Below, in pieces: positions 1 through 13,330 of a DNA stretch of 64,000 nt. Location: contig OY740784.1 in assembly GCA_963514005.1 (NCBI GenBank), positions 124,682,001-124,746,000 of the forward strand, given 5' to 3'. Source of the DNA: Raja brachyura (taxonomy: Eukaryota). The first letter of the stretch is position 1, and each line of letters begins with the position of its first letter. The translations under genes were made by a program, and so were the position numbers. The notes beneath the pieces are model-generated. The model did no database searches. It was not told the origin of the DNA and saw nothing but the letters and a program-made list of their open reading frames with translations.

Positions 1-3000
1 GCAAATTTTGGGTTCAGCGTGGGTTTGATGACGCTCTTCCTGAAGGCGTTTATCTCATACTGTGTGGTGCACAGTAGAGCCAGAGCATCCTCCTGCTCGG
101 TGCTCAGATCCTCCCCGTCCACCGACCGCGCAAACGCGGTAATCCCAGCAGTGAGCAGCTTCAGGACCCGCTGGAGCTTCATCTCCTGGGTCCTGATCCC
201 TGGGCTGATGTTGCCCCAAATCGGCGTATTGACGATGGGCACGTTGAGGGAGTTGCAGTTAGCTGGGGCTTTGTGCCTATTTATGGCCTCCGACAGGACC
301 TCCTCCTGGAGCTGATGGTTCGTCAGGAAGTCCACGGTGGCAGCCAGTTTGGGGTTGAGGAGTAGTCCTGACGTCTCCGACAATGCAAATTTTGTTGCTA
401 CATCCAGGAGCTCCTCCTGAGGGGCCTCCGATGTAGCTGGTGCATGGCCCAAAATGTCCTCATCCTCCGGCTGTCTGAGGCTACCTGCTGATGATGGTGA
501 TATCTCCCTGTGCCCTCTGGAGCTGGATGCTTCCTGCCTCTGATTCTGTTGCAGGAGGAGTTCCAACATCCGCTCCATCCTGTCAATACGCCCTTCGCCC
601 TTAGAACCTGGGCGGTCGGAGTCCTCATGTTCTGCGGAACTGCTGAGGCTCCTGTCATCGGCCCGTACCTCGTCGAGGTAATCTCGGTGCCGGAAGCTGT
701 CGCTACCAGCCGCCGCAGCGAAGCTGAGCGATTCCCGCGCGGATCTGTTCAAACGCCTCCTTTTGGCGGAGCTCGATCCCGCTGCCTCGGAGGGCAAACG
801 CGGTGAGAGGTCGGCACCCGACGCCTCGGCGTGGTGACCCGACGTCCGCGAGGGCTTGCCGACTGCCCTAATCCTGGGCCTAGCCGATGTACGGTCCCGT
901 CCTCCCATCCACGGGGGACTCGGTGACCGTGGCGGGACCCCACCCGAATGACTCTCCCTGGTGTCAAATGGGATAATCGAGAACGGAGTTAAAGGGAAAG
1001 AGAGTAAAGGGATGGTTAATGACCCCAGAATTAACGGGAAAGAAAGCTCACAAAGGGATAGGAGAGTATGGCCAAGTGTAATAGGGATCGATGTGAAAGG
1101 GGCCACTTGTCAACATAATTGTATAAGGAGTAAGAGTGTTGTAAAAACAAGCCTGAAGGCTTTGTGTCTCAATGCGAGGAGCATTCGTAATAAGGTGGAT
1201 GAGTTGAAGGTGCAGATAGCGATTAATGACTATGCTATAGTTGGGATCACGGAGACATGGCTCCAGGATGACCAAGGCTGGGAGCAGAACATCCAGGGAT
1301 ATTCAATATTCAGGAGGGATAGACGAAAAGGAAAAGGAGGTGGGGTAGCGTTGCTGGTGAGAGAGGAGATTAATGCAATAGAAAGGAAGGACATTAGCGT
1401 GGAGGAGGTGGAATCGATATGGGTAGAGCTGCGAAACTCTAAGGGGCAGAAAACGCTAGTGGGAGCTGTGTACAGGCCACCTAACAGTAGTATTGGAGTT
1501 GGGGATGGCATCAAACAGGAAATTAGAAATGCGTGCAACAAGGGTAACACGGTTATAATGGGTGACTTCAATCTGCATGTAGATTGGGTGAATCAAATTG
1601 GCAGGGGTGCTGAGGAAGAGGATTTCCTGGAATGTATGCGGGATAGTTTTCTCAACCAACATGTGGAGGAACCAACGAGAGAGCAGGCTATTCTAGACTG
1701 GGTATTGAGTAATGAGGAAGGGTTAGTTAGCAGTCTTGTTGTGCGTGGCCCCTTGGGCAAGAGTGATCATAATATGGTTGAGTTCTTCATTAGGATGGAG
1801 AGTGACAAAATTAAGTCAGAAACAAGGGTTCTGAACTTGAACAAAGGTAACTTTGAAGGTATGAGATGTGAATTGGCCAAGATAGACTGGCAGGTGATTC
1901 TTAAAGGGTTGACAGTGGATGTGCAATGGAAGGTATTTAAAGACTGCATGGATGAAGTACAAAAGTTGTTCATACCAGTTTGGCAAAAGAATAAATTGGG
2001 TAAGGTGGTGCATCCATGGATAACAAGGGAAATCAGGGATAGTATAAAAACAAAAGATGAGGCATACAAATTTGCCAGAAAAAGCAGCCAACCGGAGGAC
2101 TGGGAGAAATTCAGAATCCAGCAGAGGAGGATAAAGGGCTTAATTAGGAAAGGGAAAATAGATTATGAAAGGAAACTGGCAGGGAACATAAAAACTGACT
2201 GCAAAAGTTTTTATAGATATGTGAAGAGAAAGAGACTAGTTAAAACAAATGTTGGTCCCTTGCAGTCAGAAACAGGTGAATTGATCATGGGGAACAAGGA
2301 CATGGCAGACCAATTGAATAACTACTTTGGTTCTGTCTTCACTAAGGAAGACATAAATAATCTGCCGGAAATAGCAGTGGAACGGGGGTCAAATAAGATG
2401 GAGGAACTGAGTGAAATCCAGGTTAGCCGGGAGGTGGTGTTGGGTAAATTGAACAGATTGAAGGCCGATAAATCCCCAGGGCCAGATATTCTGCATCCCA
2501 GAGTACTCAAGGAGGTAGCCACAGAAATAGTGGATGCATTAGTGATAATTTTTCAAAATTCCTTAGATTCTGGAGTAGTTCCTGAGGATTGGAGGGTAGC
2601 TAATGTAACCCCACTTTTTAAAAAAGGAGGGAGAGAGAAAGCTGGGAATTACAGACCAGTTAGTCTAACATCGGTAGTGGGTAAACTGCTAGAGTCAGTT
2701 ATTAAAGATGGGATAGCAGTACATTTGGAAAGTGGTGAAATCATTGGACAAAGTCAGCATGGATTTACGAAAGGTAAATCATGTCTGACAAATCTGATAG
2801 AATTTTTCGAGGATGTAACTAGTAGAGTGGATAAGGGAGAACCAGTGGATGTGTTATATCTAGACTTTCAGAAGGCTTTCGACAAGGTCCCGCATAAGAG
2901 ATTAGCATACAAACTTAAAGCACACATTTGGGGGTTCAGTATTGATGTGGATAGAGAACTGGCTAGCAGACAGGAGGCAAAGGGTAGGAGTAAACGGGTC

Positions 3001-4718
3001 CTTTTCAGAATGGCAGGCAGTGACCAGTGGGGTGCCGCAAGGCTCAGTGCTGGGACCCCAGCTATTTACAATATATATTAATGATTTGGACGAGGGAATT
3101 CAATGCAGCATCTCCAAATTTGCAGATGATACCAAGCTGGGGGGTATAGTTAGGTGTGAGGAGGATGCTTGGAGGCTGCAGGGTGATTTGGATAGGCTGA
3201 GTGAATGGGCTGATGCATGGCAGATGCAGTATAATGTGGATAAATGTGAGGTTATCCTCTTTGGTGGCAAAACATGAGGGTAGACTATTGTCTGAATGGT
3301 GGCAGATTAGGAAAGGGGGAGATGCAACGAGACCTGGGTGTCATGGTACACCAGTCATTGAAAGTAGGCATGCAGGTGCAGCAGGCAGTGAAGAAAGCAA
3401 ATGGTATGTTAGCATTCATAGCAAAAGGATTTGAGTATAGGAGCAGGGAGGTTCTACTGCAGTTGTACAGGGTTTTGGTGAGGCCACACCTGGAGTATTG
3501 CGTACAGTTTTGGTCTCCAAATCTGAGGAAAGACATCCTTGCCATAGAGGGGGTACAGAGAAGATTCACCAGACTGATTCCTGGGATGTCAGGACTTTCA
3601 TATGAGGAAAGATTGGCTAGACTCGGCTTGTACTCGCTGGAATTTAGAAGATTGAGGGGGGATCTTATAGAAACTTACAAAATTCTTAAGGGGTTGGACA
3701 AGCTAGATGCTGGAAGATTGTTCCCGATGTTGGGGGAGTCCAGAACAAGGGGTCACAGCCTAAGGATAAGGGGGAATTCCTTTAGGACCGAAATGAGGAA
3801 AACATTCTTTACACAGAGAGTGGTGAGTCTCTGGAATTCTCTGCCACAGAAGGTAGTTGAGGCCAGTTCATTGGCTATATTTAAGAGGGCGTTAGATGTG
3901 GCACTTGTGGCTAAAGGGACCAGGGGGTATGGAGAGAAGGCAGGTACGGGATACTGAGTTGGATGATCAGCCATGATCACATTGAATGGCGGTGCAGGCT
4001 CGAAGGGCCGAATGGGCTACTCCTGCACCTATTTTCTATGTTTCCATGTTTCTATGGTCTTGGTGGTTGGTGAGTCGACACTGGTCCTTACAGGTCTCCC
4101 AGTGGACTTGAGTCCCGCCAATTCACAAGTCCGCAATCTAGCGGCAGGTGATACCTTTGCCCGTGAAGGGCTAGGTTTATGGGCTCCATCCCTCCCCTTC
4201 CTCCGAGGGCTCAGGGAGAAGGGCCGTGCGGCAGCACGTGAGCCCTGTTTGCCCTGGTTGACCAACGAGCCCATTGGCGACAGTGATACGGAGTCAGGGT
4301 CAACCTGCTCCGGTGGCACACCGAAATCCTGCTCCGCGGGATCCTCGCTGGAGCTCCGGTGTATCGGCGGGTCGGGTCCTGTAGCGACAGGGCTCCCCGA
4401 CTTCCTCGCCTTTCTCCCGGCCTGACTTGCAGGTGTAGCCGTTGATGAGGGCTCCGGCATGGGTGGCCGGCGACTCCGTGCGGACGTCCTACGGCCCTTG
4501 TTCTTCCCGTCCATGTTTCTATTGAGAGAAAAAAACACTCACAACAGAAACCAACCAACTCAAGGTTAGTTTCACTTACCTGAGCGGCTCCTTATGAAGG
4601 GCTGGTGGTGAGCCGCGCTCCACCTCCAGCCGTCGACTGCAATGCGTTGCGACGATATGTCGCGCATGCGTGCTGGCGGGTTCTTCACGAAGTCACTCAT
4701 GTGACTCCGAAATGAAAT
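1..4718 (-). mobile_element. DIRS1-type retrotransposon copy A (left terminus and gag; continues off the window; split by a CR1 insertion)
   Basis: Reverse complement starts ATTTCATTTCGGAGTCACATGAGTGACTTCGTGAAG, almost identical to the left end of copy D (18044). Minus-strand 1-959 and 4056-4514 match the gag of copy D. Confidence 0.9.
960..4056 (+). mobile_element. CR1 LINE, 5'-truncated; ORF2 (APE endonuclease + RT) broken by two frameshifts (~2925, ~3272)
   Basis: Endonuclease motifs GITETW, VYRPP, MGDFN, SDHN. RT motifs LDFQKAFD, GVPQGSVLGP, FADD across ORFs 961-3081, 2942-3277 and 3274-3957. 3' tail of CTATGTTT-type repeats. Near-identical to the copy at 51676-54885. Confidence 0.95.
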
Positions 4719-4810
4719 TAGGTGTTAAATTAAACTTCTTTTTATGCTTTATCTGATGGGATAAATTGCAGACTTGATTTTTAAAATCTCAAAATTTTGT
4801 AACATTGCTA
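4716..4810 (-). mobile_element. Terminus of a DNA transposon (possibly Academ-like) into which DIRS copy A inserted
   Basis: Reverse complement TAGCAATGTTACAAAATTTTGAGATTTTAAAAATCAAGTCTGCAATT... matches the repeat starting at 26337. The superfamily is inferred only from the TAG terminus. Confidence 0.5.
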
Positions 4811-5018
4811 GAAAATGTACCTGCATCTTGGAGGCTGAATGTTAGGTTGTTAGCCAAGAAAGATAGACTTTGTTATCCCTCAGTACAGCTACATCAAGAA
4901 CGATGTTGCTGTACTGAGGTATAGCCAAGTCTATCCCTCATTGCTGGCAGCTGATGGGAAGCGGCTGTAAAGTGGGAAGCGGCTGTAAAAGGACAGCGCT
5001 GCTGGTGGGGGGGGGGGG

Positions 5019-5571
5019 GTTCCTTTCAGAGCGTGTGGGTAGTCTGTCCAGGTGTAAAGTTGCGGGGAGGGCAGGAGGGTTGAGAAGGAGGGGGTCGGCT
5101 GGGGATCATCCAGCTCAAGAGCGGGTCAGCGGGCGATGGATAACAGGACAGCGGGCGGTGGAGCTTACTCCATATGTCAATGCGAGTAACCTCAATTGAT
5201 CCCTTGTTGGCGCTGACACAGGAGTGAGCTCCACCGCCCGCTGTGATGTTATCCTTCACCCGCTGACCCGCTCCGCTCCATGATCGTTGCTCTTGAGCTG
5301 GTCCCCTCACTGTTCAGATAAAGAGCACTGCCAGTGATGAGCGGGCCGGCAGAAGGCGCTGAGATGGCAGTTGTTTCCGCTATCCGGTGATGGAGGCCGC
5401 TCGTAGGCGAGCTGCTTCCCTCCCCGGCCACAATATGGTGGCGCCCGGAGCTCCGCGGCAGCGGTAAGTGAGCGAGTTACTGGCATGAACCCGACCCTCT
5501 AATTCTCAACGCTCCTGCCCTCCCCGCAACTTGACCCCCGGCTAGACTCCCCACACGCTGTGAAAGGAACT
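5019..5571. mobile_element. MITE-like element with ~75-bp inverted repeats
   Basis: TTCCTTTCAGAGCGTGTGGG...GTTGCGGGGAGGGCAGG at 5020 is the reverse complement of CCTGCCCTCCCCGCAAC...CACACGCTGTGAAAGGAA ending near 5570. A related copy lies at 37875-38556. Confidence 0.6.
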
Positions 5572-6944
5572 CTCCGCCGAATTGTCACATTACTCACGAC
5601 ACGTGATTTATTTATATCTCTATGAAAAATTTTCCCAATTGGGCCCCGCACCTCCGTAGGCCGGCCCTGACAAGAACCCATAGGCAGGATCGGACCTGGA
5701 TCTCTGCTGCTGCGAGGCAGAAACTCTACCTCTGCGCTGACCGCTTTGTTCTGGCCGCTTTACCCATTCTGTCCTTGTCTCTTTGTGAAAGAAACATTTT
5801 GAAAACATTCTGTTCTCATTAACCTGTTTCTAATTAGCAGCAACAATAGCCTTGTTTTTTTACAATTTGAACAACCATGACCGCGTGCTTTCCCATCAAT
5901 GTCAACAATGATGTGCATCCTCACAATTTCTCTGCCATCTTTTGACTAATTCCTCAAGATTACAATGATTTGAGGCAACATTGGAAGTCTCCCATTGCAA
6001 CATCTGTAACTCTGACACAGCACTGCCTGGACCCTTTATCCCACAATGTTTATAATTCCTGAAAGAAGAGTACATTTGAAACCCTCAGTTATTCCACTGA
6101 AACATTTGCCACCATTTATCTCTTGGCACTCATTATCTAGTTTCCCAATTTGTTCTTGCCAGCATTGCACAGATGCTGAACAATAAGTCAATATAAGTTC
6201 TGACTTGGCCAGTATGTCATAAATCCTCCAGATTTTATGACCCCAATATCAGACTCAACTAAATCGCTCCCACATGACATACAATTCCACCAGCACAAGC
6301 TGCAGCCTCTGTGTGTGGCGGGGAGGTGATGGAGGAAACTGTTGGTCCCATGTCATCTGTTGGTCACTGCTGCACATCTACCTGTTTGTTCAGTGACAGT
6401 CCCATATCTGGCAATGGACAAGTTGTGTCTATCACCATTGGACATTGTTCCACGGATAGTGTTCACAGCAGGGATCGTGACACTTGTCCTGACTGGTTCA
6501 TGCTGATATTTCTGTTCACCACCAGCTTCCTCCCATCCCTCTTTCTCACACCCCTCAGTGTGTCCTTCCAATTCTCTCCCATTGTCTGGTTATTCAGCTT
6601 CCCCTTCTCCAACCTCTCCCAGTGGTAGGGTGTTTCACCTTCCTGCCTCTCTCTGGCGTGAAGTTTCCCCTGAATTGTGTTTAATTTCTGTGACAGTTCT
6701 GTATCAGTGACTAGTGGAAGCATCTTGTCCTATCAATCTGCCGGAAATAGCAGAGGACCGGTCAAATGATATGGAACTGAGTGAAATCCAGGTTAGCCGG
6801 GAAGTGGTGTTAGGTACAGATCAGTTAGCCTGATGTCAGTGGTGGGAAAGATGCTGGAGTCAATTATTAAAGAGGTAATAATGGAGCATTTGGATGGCAG
6901 TAAAAGGATTAGTCCAAGTCAACTTGGATTTATGAAAGGGAAAT

Positions 6945-7151
6945 TGTAAAGAATTTCCTCTTACACATCTTGTATTTACCACTACTTTATTCACTAGACA
7001 CATACATCACAGCCCTAGCTGTACCTGGTCTGTCACGGATGCTAGAGAGAGAGCCAGGGGTGGGAAGGTAACAATTATACTGGATGGTAAGGGGAGTGGT
7101 TAACAGTGATTATGTCACTATTTTTAAAGATGTACACACATATCATCTACA
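6945..7151 (-). repeat. Gypsy 3' LTR
   Basis: Direct repeat of 9670-9875; the polypurine tract is adjacent at 7152-7161 on the minus strand. Confidence 0.9.
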
Positions 7152-9651
7152 TCCTTCCTCTACAAATAAGCTATAGGGTTGTGACAGGGCGACCACGTCT
7201 CATATGCTAAGGGCATTTAAACAGCAGTTATACAGGAAGCATTAATCACACAAAATCACCATAACGTTCGGGCGGCTTGACAAGGCGGCCCGACCGGGTC
7301 CATACCTCGCCATTTCTCCCCTCGACGGGACCAAAAGGGGTCGGCGCCGGGGCAGGAGGAACAACCATGACAGGGGAACCACGGGGGGACGGAGAGGACG
7401 GAGAAGGCGGAGAAACAGGGACCGCAGCGGGCGGACACACAGGGGAGGGTGGATGAGCCTTGGGTGAACAAGGCTGGGAGGGACGTGCAGGGACGGACTG
7501 AGGCAGCATAGTCTTCACGGGGGGGGGGGGGGGGCATACGGGGCAGCGGGAGGGGGACGAGGCTTGTTCACAAGCCGGAGGTGTTGTCGGGACCTCCGAT
7601 AGATTGTCCCATTGTGGTCAACCAGGTACGAACGTGGGGAACCAGCAGAGCCCACGACAGTGGCGAGCCTGGAGTGGCCGGAGGGCGATCGCATGCGGAC
7701 GATCTGGCCAGGGAAGAGAGGTGAGGGCACGGCAGGACCTGTCATGGGAGCGCTTCTGGATACCATGTTTGTGGGCAATGCGCTTCCGGACCGTGGCAGG
7801 TTTAAGGATGGAGGGTTCGAGCGACTGCTGGGTCACCGGGATCGGAGGCCTCGTGACACGAGACATGAGGCGCTGAGCCGGGGAACCCATGGCATGGTCG
7901 CGGGAGCTGTTGCGGAGGTTCAGGAGGGCAAGGTAAATGTCAGAGTGAGACAAACGACAACGTTCCAGCAACCCCTTTGCACTGCGGACCGCGTGCTCAG
8001 CCAGGCCGTTGCTCTGGGCTGCTGGTGTAGTGATGGAAATTCCAGCTATCAGCGAAATCACGGAACTCAGCGCTGGTGAATTGGCTGCCGTTGTCCGACT
8101 GCAGGCTGGCCGGGGATCCGAAGGTCGCGAAGTGGCGGCGCAGCTTCTCAATGACAGCAGACGACGTGAGCGAGTGCAGCTGGTCAACCTCGAACCAGCT
8201 GGAGTAGGAGTCGACAAGCACCAGGAAGTGTTTTCCACACCACTTGAAGATGTCAGTTGCCACTGCAGACCAGGGGAGCTCAGGAGCAGGTCGGAGAGGA
8301 GGACACCCTCTCCCGGATGTATTGAGCCATGTCAGGCCAGTAGAACTGGCTCTGAGCGTTGGACAGAGTGGCCTCGGCCCCGGGATGGCCACGGTGTGCG
8401 GTTTGGAAGTAGTGGTCGTGCAGTGCAGCGGGCACCACCACCTTGTGCCCCTTCACAATTACACCATCATGTAGCACGAGTTCGTCACGAACCAGGAAAT
8501 AAGGCACTGCCGCTGCCTGCAGGGAAGAACGGCGGTCTGGCCAGCCCCGCCTGATCACCGCGGCAAGCTGTTGTTGGGAAGGGTCCTCAGCTGTGCGCTG
8601 GACCAAGGACTTCATCTGTTTGGAAGGCACAAAATTAATGTTGAGAACCATCAGGTCGGATGCCTCATAGGGGTGACGTTTAGTGGATGCGAATGGCGCC
8701 CGTGACAGCGTGTCGGCAACGAACATGTCTTTGCCTTTGCGATAGACAACTTTAAATGTGAACCGTTGGAGCTGGAGCATCATGCACTGTAGTCTGGAGG
8801 AGGCGACGTGTATGGGCTTGTTGAGGATAGTAACCAGAGGCCGGTGGTCCGTCTCAATGGAAATGGCCAGACCGTTTCAACAATGAACTGGGCAGGCTCC
8901 CCTGCAGCTACAAGATCGCCCTCGATTTGGACATGGAGCCCGTTATCCGCCTGCCGCACCGGGTATCCTTCGCGATGAAGGACCGAGTCGAGTCTACCCT
9001 CTGCGAGATGGTGACCATGGGCATCCTGAAGGAGGTGAGCGAGCCCACCCGGTGGGTATCCACTATGGTGTTGCAGCAAAGAAGGACAAGAGCGAAATAC
9101 GGATCTGCATCAACCCAAAGGACCTGACCTTGGCCATCAAGCACCCGCATTACCCCATGCGAACTGTTGAGGACATTGCTGCACAAGTCGGTCTGGCCAC
9201 TGTCTTTTCGGTTCTCGATGCCAAGAGCTCGTTCTGGCAGATACCACTCGACGAGCAGTCTTCATACCTGACAACTTTTAGCCCACTCTTTGGCAGGTTC
9301 CACTTTCTCCGCATGCCATTCCGAATTAACTCTGCCAGCGAGGTATTCCAAAGGACAATGGAACAACTGTTTGCCGGTCTCCCGTGTGCCACCATATTCG
9401 ATGACATCCTGGTCTACGGGAAGGATATCGCTGAGCATGATTTCAACCTCCGCCGAGAAGTCAACCTAAAGCTGAACCCAAAGAAGCGCCGTTTCCGTGT
9501 CCCGGAAGTCACCTATGTGGGGCACGTCTTCACGGCATCGGGGCTGAAGCCCGACCCGCAGAAAACGTCCGCTACCTCCGACATGTCAGCGCTGACTGAA
9601 GTGCCTGGACTGCAACGTTTCCTAGGCATGGTCAATTACCTGGGGAAGTTC

Positions 9652-9669
9652 ATCCCACTTCTGACACCA
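9652..9669 (-). promoter_or_regulatory. Primer binding site (tRNA-Leu type)
   Basis: TGGTGTCAGAAGTGGGAT immediately inside the 5' LTR; matches my recollection of the vertebrate tRNA-Leu(CAA) 3' end. Confidence 0.75.
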
Positions 9670-9875
9670 TGTAAAGAATTTCCTCTTACACATATAGTCT
9701 TTACTACTACTTTATTCACTAGACACACACATCACAGCCCTAGCTGTACGTGGTTGTCACGGATGCTAGAGAGAGAGCCAAGGGTGGGAAGGTCACAATT
9801 ATACTGGATGGTAAGGGGAGTGGTTAGCAGTGATTATGTCACTATATTTAAAGGTGCACACACATGTCATCTACA
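9670..9875 (-). repeat. Gypsy 5' LTR
   Basis: Direct repeat of 6945-7151, with the PBS adjacent. Confidence 0.9.
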
Positions 9876-10547
9876 GAAATCATGCTTGACTAATCTTCTG
9901 GACTTTTTTGAGGATGTGACAAGCAAAATGGATCAAGTGGATGTAGTGTATCTAGACTTTCAGAAAGCCTTTGATAAGGTCCATCATGGGAGACTGGTGA
10001 CTAAAATGAGTGCACATGGTATTGGGGGTATTGGAGGTAGGGTGTTGACATGGATAGAAAATAGTAAGATTGAACGAGAACTTACCAAGTTTGAAGGTTG
10101 ATCTTTATTTCATGAGGAGTTGCGGTGAGGGATTTCGTGAAGAGCCCGCCGGCACGCATGCGCGACATTCTTCAAAGCAGCGGTGTGGAATCACAGAAAC
10201 AACAACAGAAATGACTTGGCATAGTAAGATTTAAAGACACTCTGATTACCAGCTGAAGATGATCGAGGGTTGGGAACGGAGGGCACGAAATCCCTCACCG
10301 CAACTCCTCATGAAATAAAGATCTACCTTCAAACTTGGTAAGTTCTCGTTCAATCTTACTATTTCATTTCGGAGTCACGTGAGTGACTTCGTGAAGACTT
10401 CAAAGCTTCTGTGATTACACGCCCTGGACAACGTCCATGCGGACACACCACTAGCAAGGATGGATTGGAGTAAACAAGTTGATGAAACGAGGTTATACTG
10501 AAACAAAAAGAAAATTTGTTAATAACACAACAAATAACACCCTTTTA

Positions 10548-13330
10548 ATCAGGGACATCCCCACGTTCACACCCGGCGTTCAGCACGGCCTCTGCGAACT
10601 GAAGGGGAGCAGCAACAGGCTTATTATAGAATCGCTGGAACACAGCTTCATTCGCCCATCCTGCTGTGGCGAGGATATGGTCCATGGGTACCTCCATGAC
10701 TCTCGCCGCCGACGTAGATGCAGCCCTGGTGGAGTGGGATGTAAACACATTAGTGTCAATACCTGCCTTATTCAGGACGATCCGGAGCCACCTGGATATC
10801 GTCTGGACTGTCACTCGATGGTGAGGTCTTTTGTGAGTGACAAGCAGGTACAACTCCATTCCTCTGATGCTCCTCGTCACCTTGATGTAGTAACGGATGT
10901 GAGTGGCTTAACATAGCCGAGCATCTGCAGGGTATGCCGGGAACTTCAGCTGCAGCCCTGTGCACCCAGGTCTATGCTGCTTAAGTAGCTCATCGATGAA
11001 AAAGACTACTTCTCCAGGGGTCGACGTCATCCTGTCAATACGTAGTTTGTGGAGCGTCTGAACCCGCTGTGCTGAAGTCAGCGCTAGTAACATCACCAAT
11101 TTCATAGTGAGTTGGTCCAGCTGTAACCCTTCCATGGGTGACCACGACCTGAGCAGGGTAAGTACATCCCTGACATCCCAGGTGATGTTGTAGCGTGGTG
11201 TAGGCGGATTCAGATTGAATATTCCCCGCATAAGCCTGGACACTAGCCTGTTCGATCCTACCTCGATGTTGAGGTAGAATGATAGCGCACTCCTGGCGCT
11301 GTTGATGGCACTATAACTCAAGTGCTCATCATGGTGCAACCCCGCGAGGAATTCCAGGACGTCGGCTATGGAGACAACATCATAGGTGATGTGAGAGCGA
11401 CTGCAGTAGGCTTCCCACTTGGTGATGTGGGAGAGATATCTCCGCCTGGTTGACTCTCGACATGATGCTCCAATGGTGTTCATGGTCCGGGTGGTAAGGC
11501 CATACTGCATCCATGGCCTGGTCAGAACCTGCAAGCCAGTAATTTTAGATAGGCATGGCAGGGGTGTAACTCCCCTGACAGGGTGAGAAACCAAATGTGG
11601 GCAACCCTCTAGAGGGACCCAAGGTTGACTAATCATGTCAGAGACCACCGGATACCAAGGCTGTGTAGGCCAGTCGGGTATGACAAGAATGCCTCTGGCA
11701 GAATCCATCCTGATTTTTTGTAATACCCGACTGATGAGGCAAAACGGGGGGAATGCATAGAAAAACCACTTCCCCCAGTCTAGCGAGAATGCATCAAGCG
11801 CTAATGCCCCAGGGTCTGGTTCCCATGAAACATATGTCGGTACCTGATGGTTCAACCGGGACGCAAAAAGGTCGATATCCGGTTGGCCAAATTTGGCTGT
11901 AATTTGGGCAAATATTTGAGGATGCAGCATCCACTCAAAACTATCATTGAATTTGCGTGACCTGGTGTCTGCCACAGTATTAAGCCTACCTGGCAAATAG
12001 GTGGCTGAAATCCAAATATCTCGATCAATACACCAGCACCAAATAGGATTAGCCAATTTGTCACAAGAGACTGACCTGGTACCGCCCATATGGTTAAAAT
12101 ATGCCACCGCTGTGGTGTTGTCTATTTGGAGACGGACATGAGTACCACTAAGATTAGCACAATATGCCCGCAGTCCGTGAAATGCTGCAAGCAGCTCCAA
12201 ATAGTTAATCCCTTGTATTGGCAACATGCTAGCTTCAAGGGGATCCCACCTGCCTCCACAACTAGAAGAGCTGTCCGCAGCTCCCCAGCCTAGAGAGCTT
12301 GCGTCAGTTTGCAAATATACCACCGGATTGGGCACAACAATGGGTTTGAATGCCTTGCCAATATTGGACACCCACCATTGTAGCTCAACCTTAGCATCGG
12401 AAGGCAGCCCCATAGGTCTGTCAAAATGACCAGCGTTCTTTTTTAACGCAGCAATCTTGGCCCTTTGCAGATTTTGATAATGCAAAGGTCCAAACCGGGC
12501 TGCCGGAAATAAAGCTACGATTTTCCCAATCATCTTAGCTGTATGCCGAATAGATGGTATACTGGCGGATGCGAGATCGTGACATGCAAGGGAGACATCC
12601 TCCACCTTGTGAAATGGAATGGTGGCCCTCATTTGAATAGAGTCCACCGTGAAACCCAAATAATCCATAACCTGGGATGGGTGAAACTTCGATTTTTCTG
12701 GATGGACTATAAACCCCAGCTGCTGAAATATAGTAACAGTTGCTGAAACAGCGCTTTCAGCTGCTTCCAGAGTGTTGCCAATAATCAGAATATCATCTAA
12801 ATAAGCCATTACAATATGATGTTGTATACGTAATTTGACCATAATAGGTTTGAGTAATTTAGTAAAGAGCCTAGGGCGGTAGTAAGCCCATTTGGTAAGG
12901 CCCGATATTGCCAGAGCTGATCCATCCAGACAAATTTCAAAAATTTCCGGTGATGTTTCCGGATGGACACTGAATAGCATGCATCTTTCAAATCAATACA
13001 TGCCATAAAGCAACCATGCGAAAGCAGTGATTTGGCTGTCTCAAAAGGTGTCCATTTTGAAATGTGTATATGTTACAAAGGTATTCAACTGGTCAAATCA
13101 ATAATCACCCGACAACCTCCATCCTTTTTTGGCCTAGTAAAAATATTGGAGACGAATTCAATGGGCTCGTGAATAGTTTTCTCTATCACACCTTTTTGTT
13201 CCAAACGAAAAATTTCAGCCGTGCCTGCTGCCTGCTCAACGGCAGACAGCGTAAACTTCCGTTGAGGCATATGCTGGGATGGAGGAATGTTCCCGTGAAT
13301 AAATTCAATAGAATGACCCCGAATATCCTT
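10548..13330 (-). pseudogene. DIRS copy B pol (RT-RNase H-MT) and tyrosine recombinase, with several frameshifts
   Basis: ORFs 13085-13945 (C-terminal part), 12809-13006, 10908-12980 and 10545-10880 tile the proteins of copy D. Confidence 0.85.

Larger units (their letters stand above)
6945..9875 (-). mobile_element. Ty3/Gypsy (Mag-like) LTR retrotransposon, internally deleted and rearranged
   Basis: Two ~206-bp LTRs (TG...CA) with 5-bp TSD GAAAT (6940-6944, 9876-9880). Minus-strand PBS TGGTGTCAGAAGTGGGAT and PPT AGAGGAAGGA. Integrase and RNase H remnants (ETDHRPL, SDNGSQF, SNGLAE) on -. RT (LDAKSSFWQ, FDDILV) on +. Confidence 0.92.

Noticed and set aside
9052-10101. 349-aa hybrid RT ORF
   Set aside because: Chance read-through from the inverted Gypsy RT across the LTR into CR1 RT and the DIRS end.
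10908-12980. Natural RT-RNaseH-MT-recombinase fusion protein
   Set aside because: Copy D has pol and YR in separate overlapping frames; the fusion in B is best explained by a small frameshifting indel near 11570.
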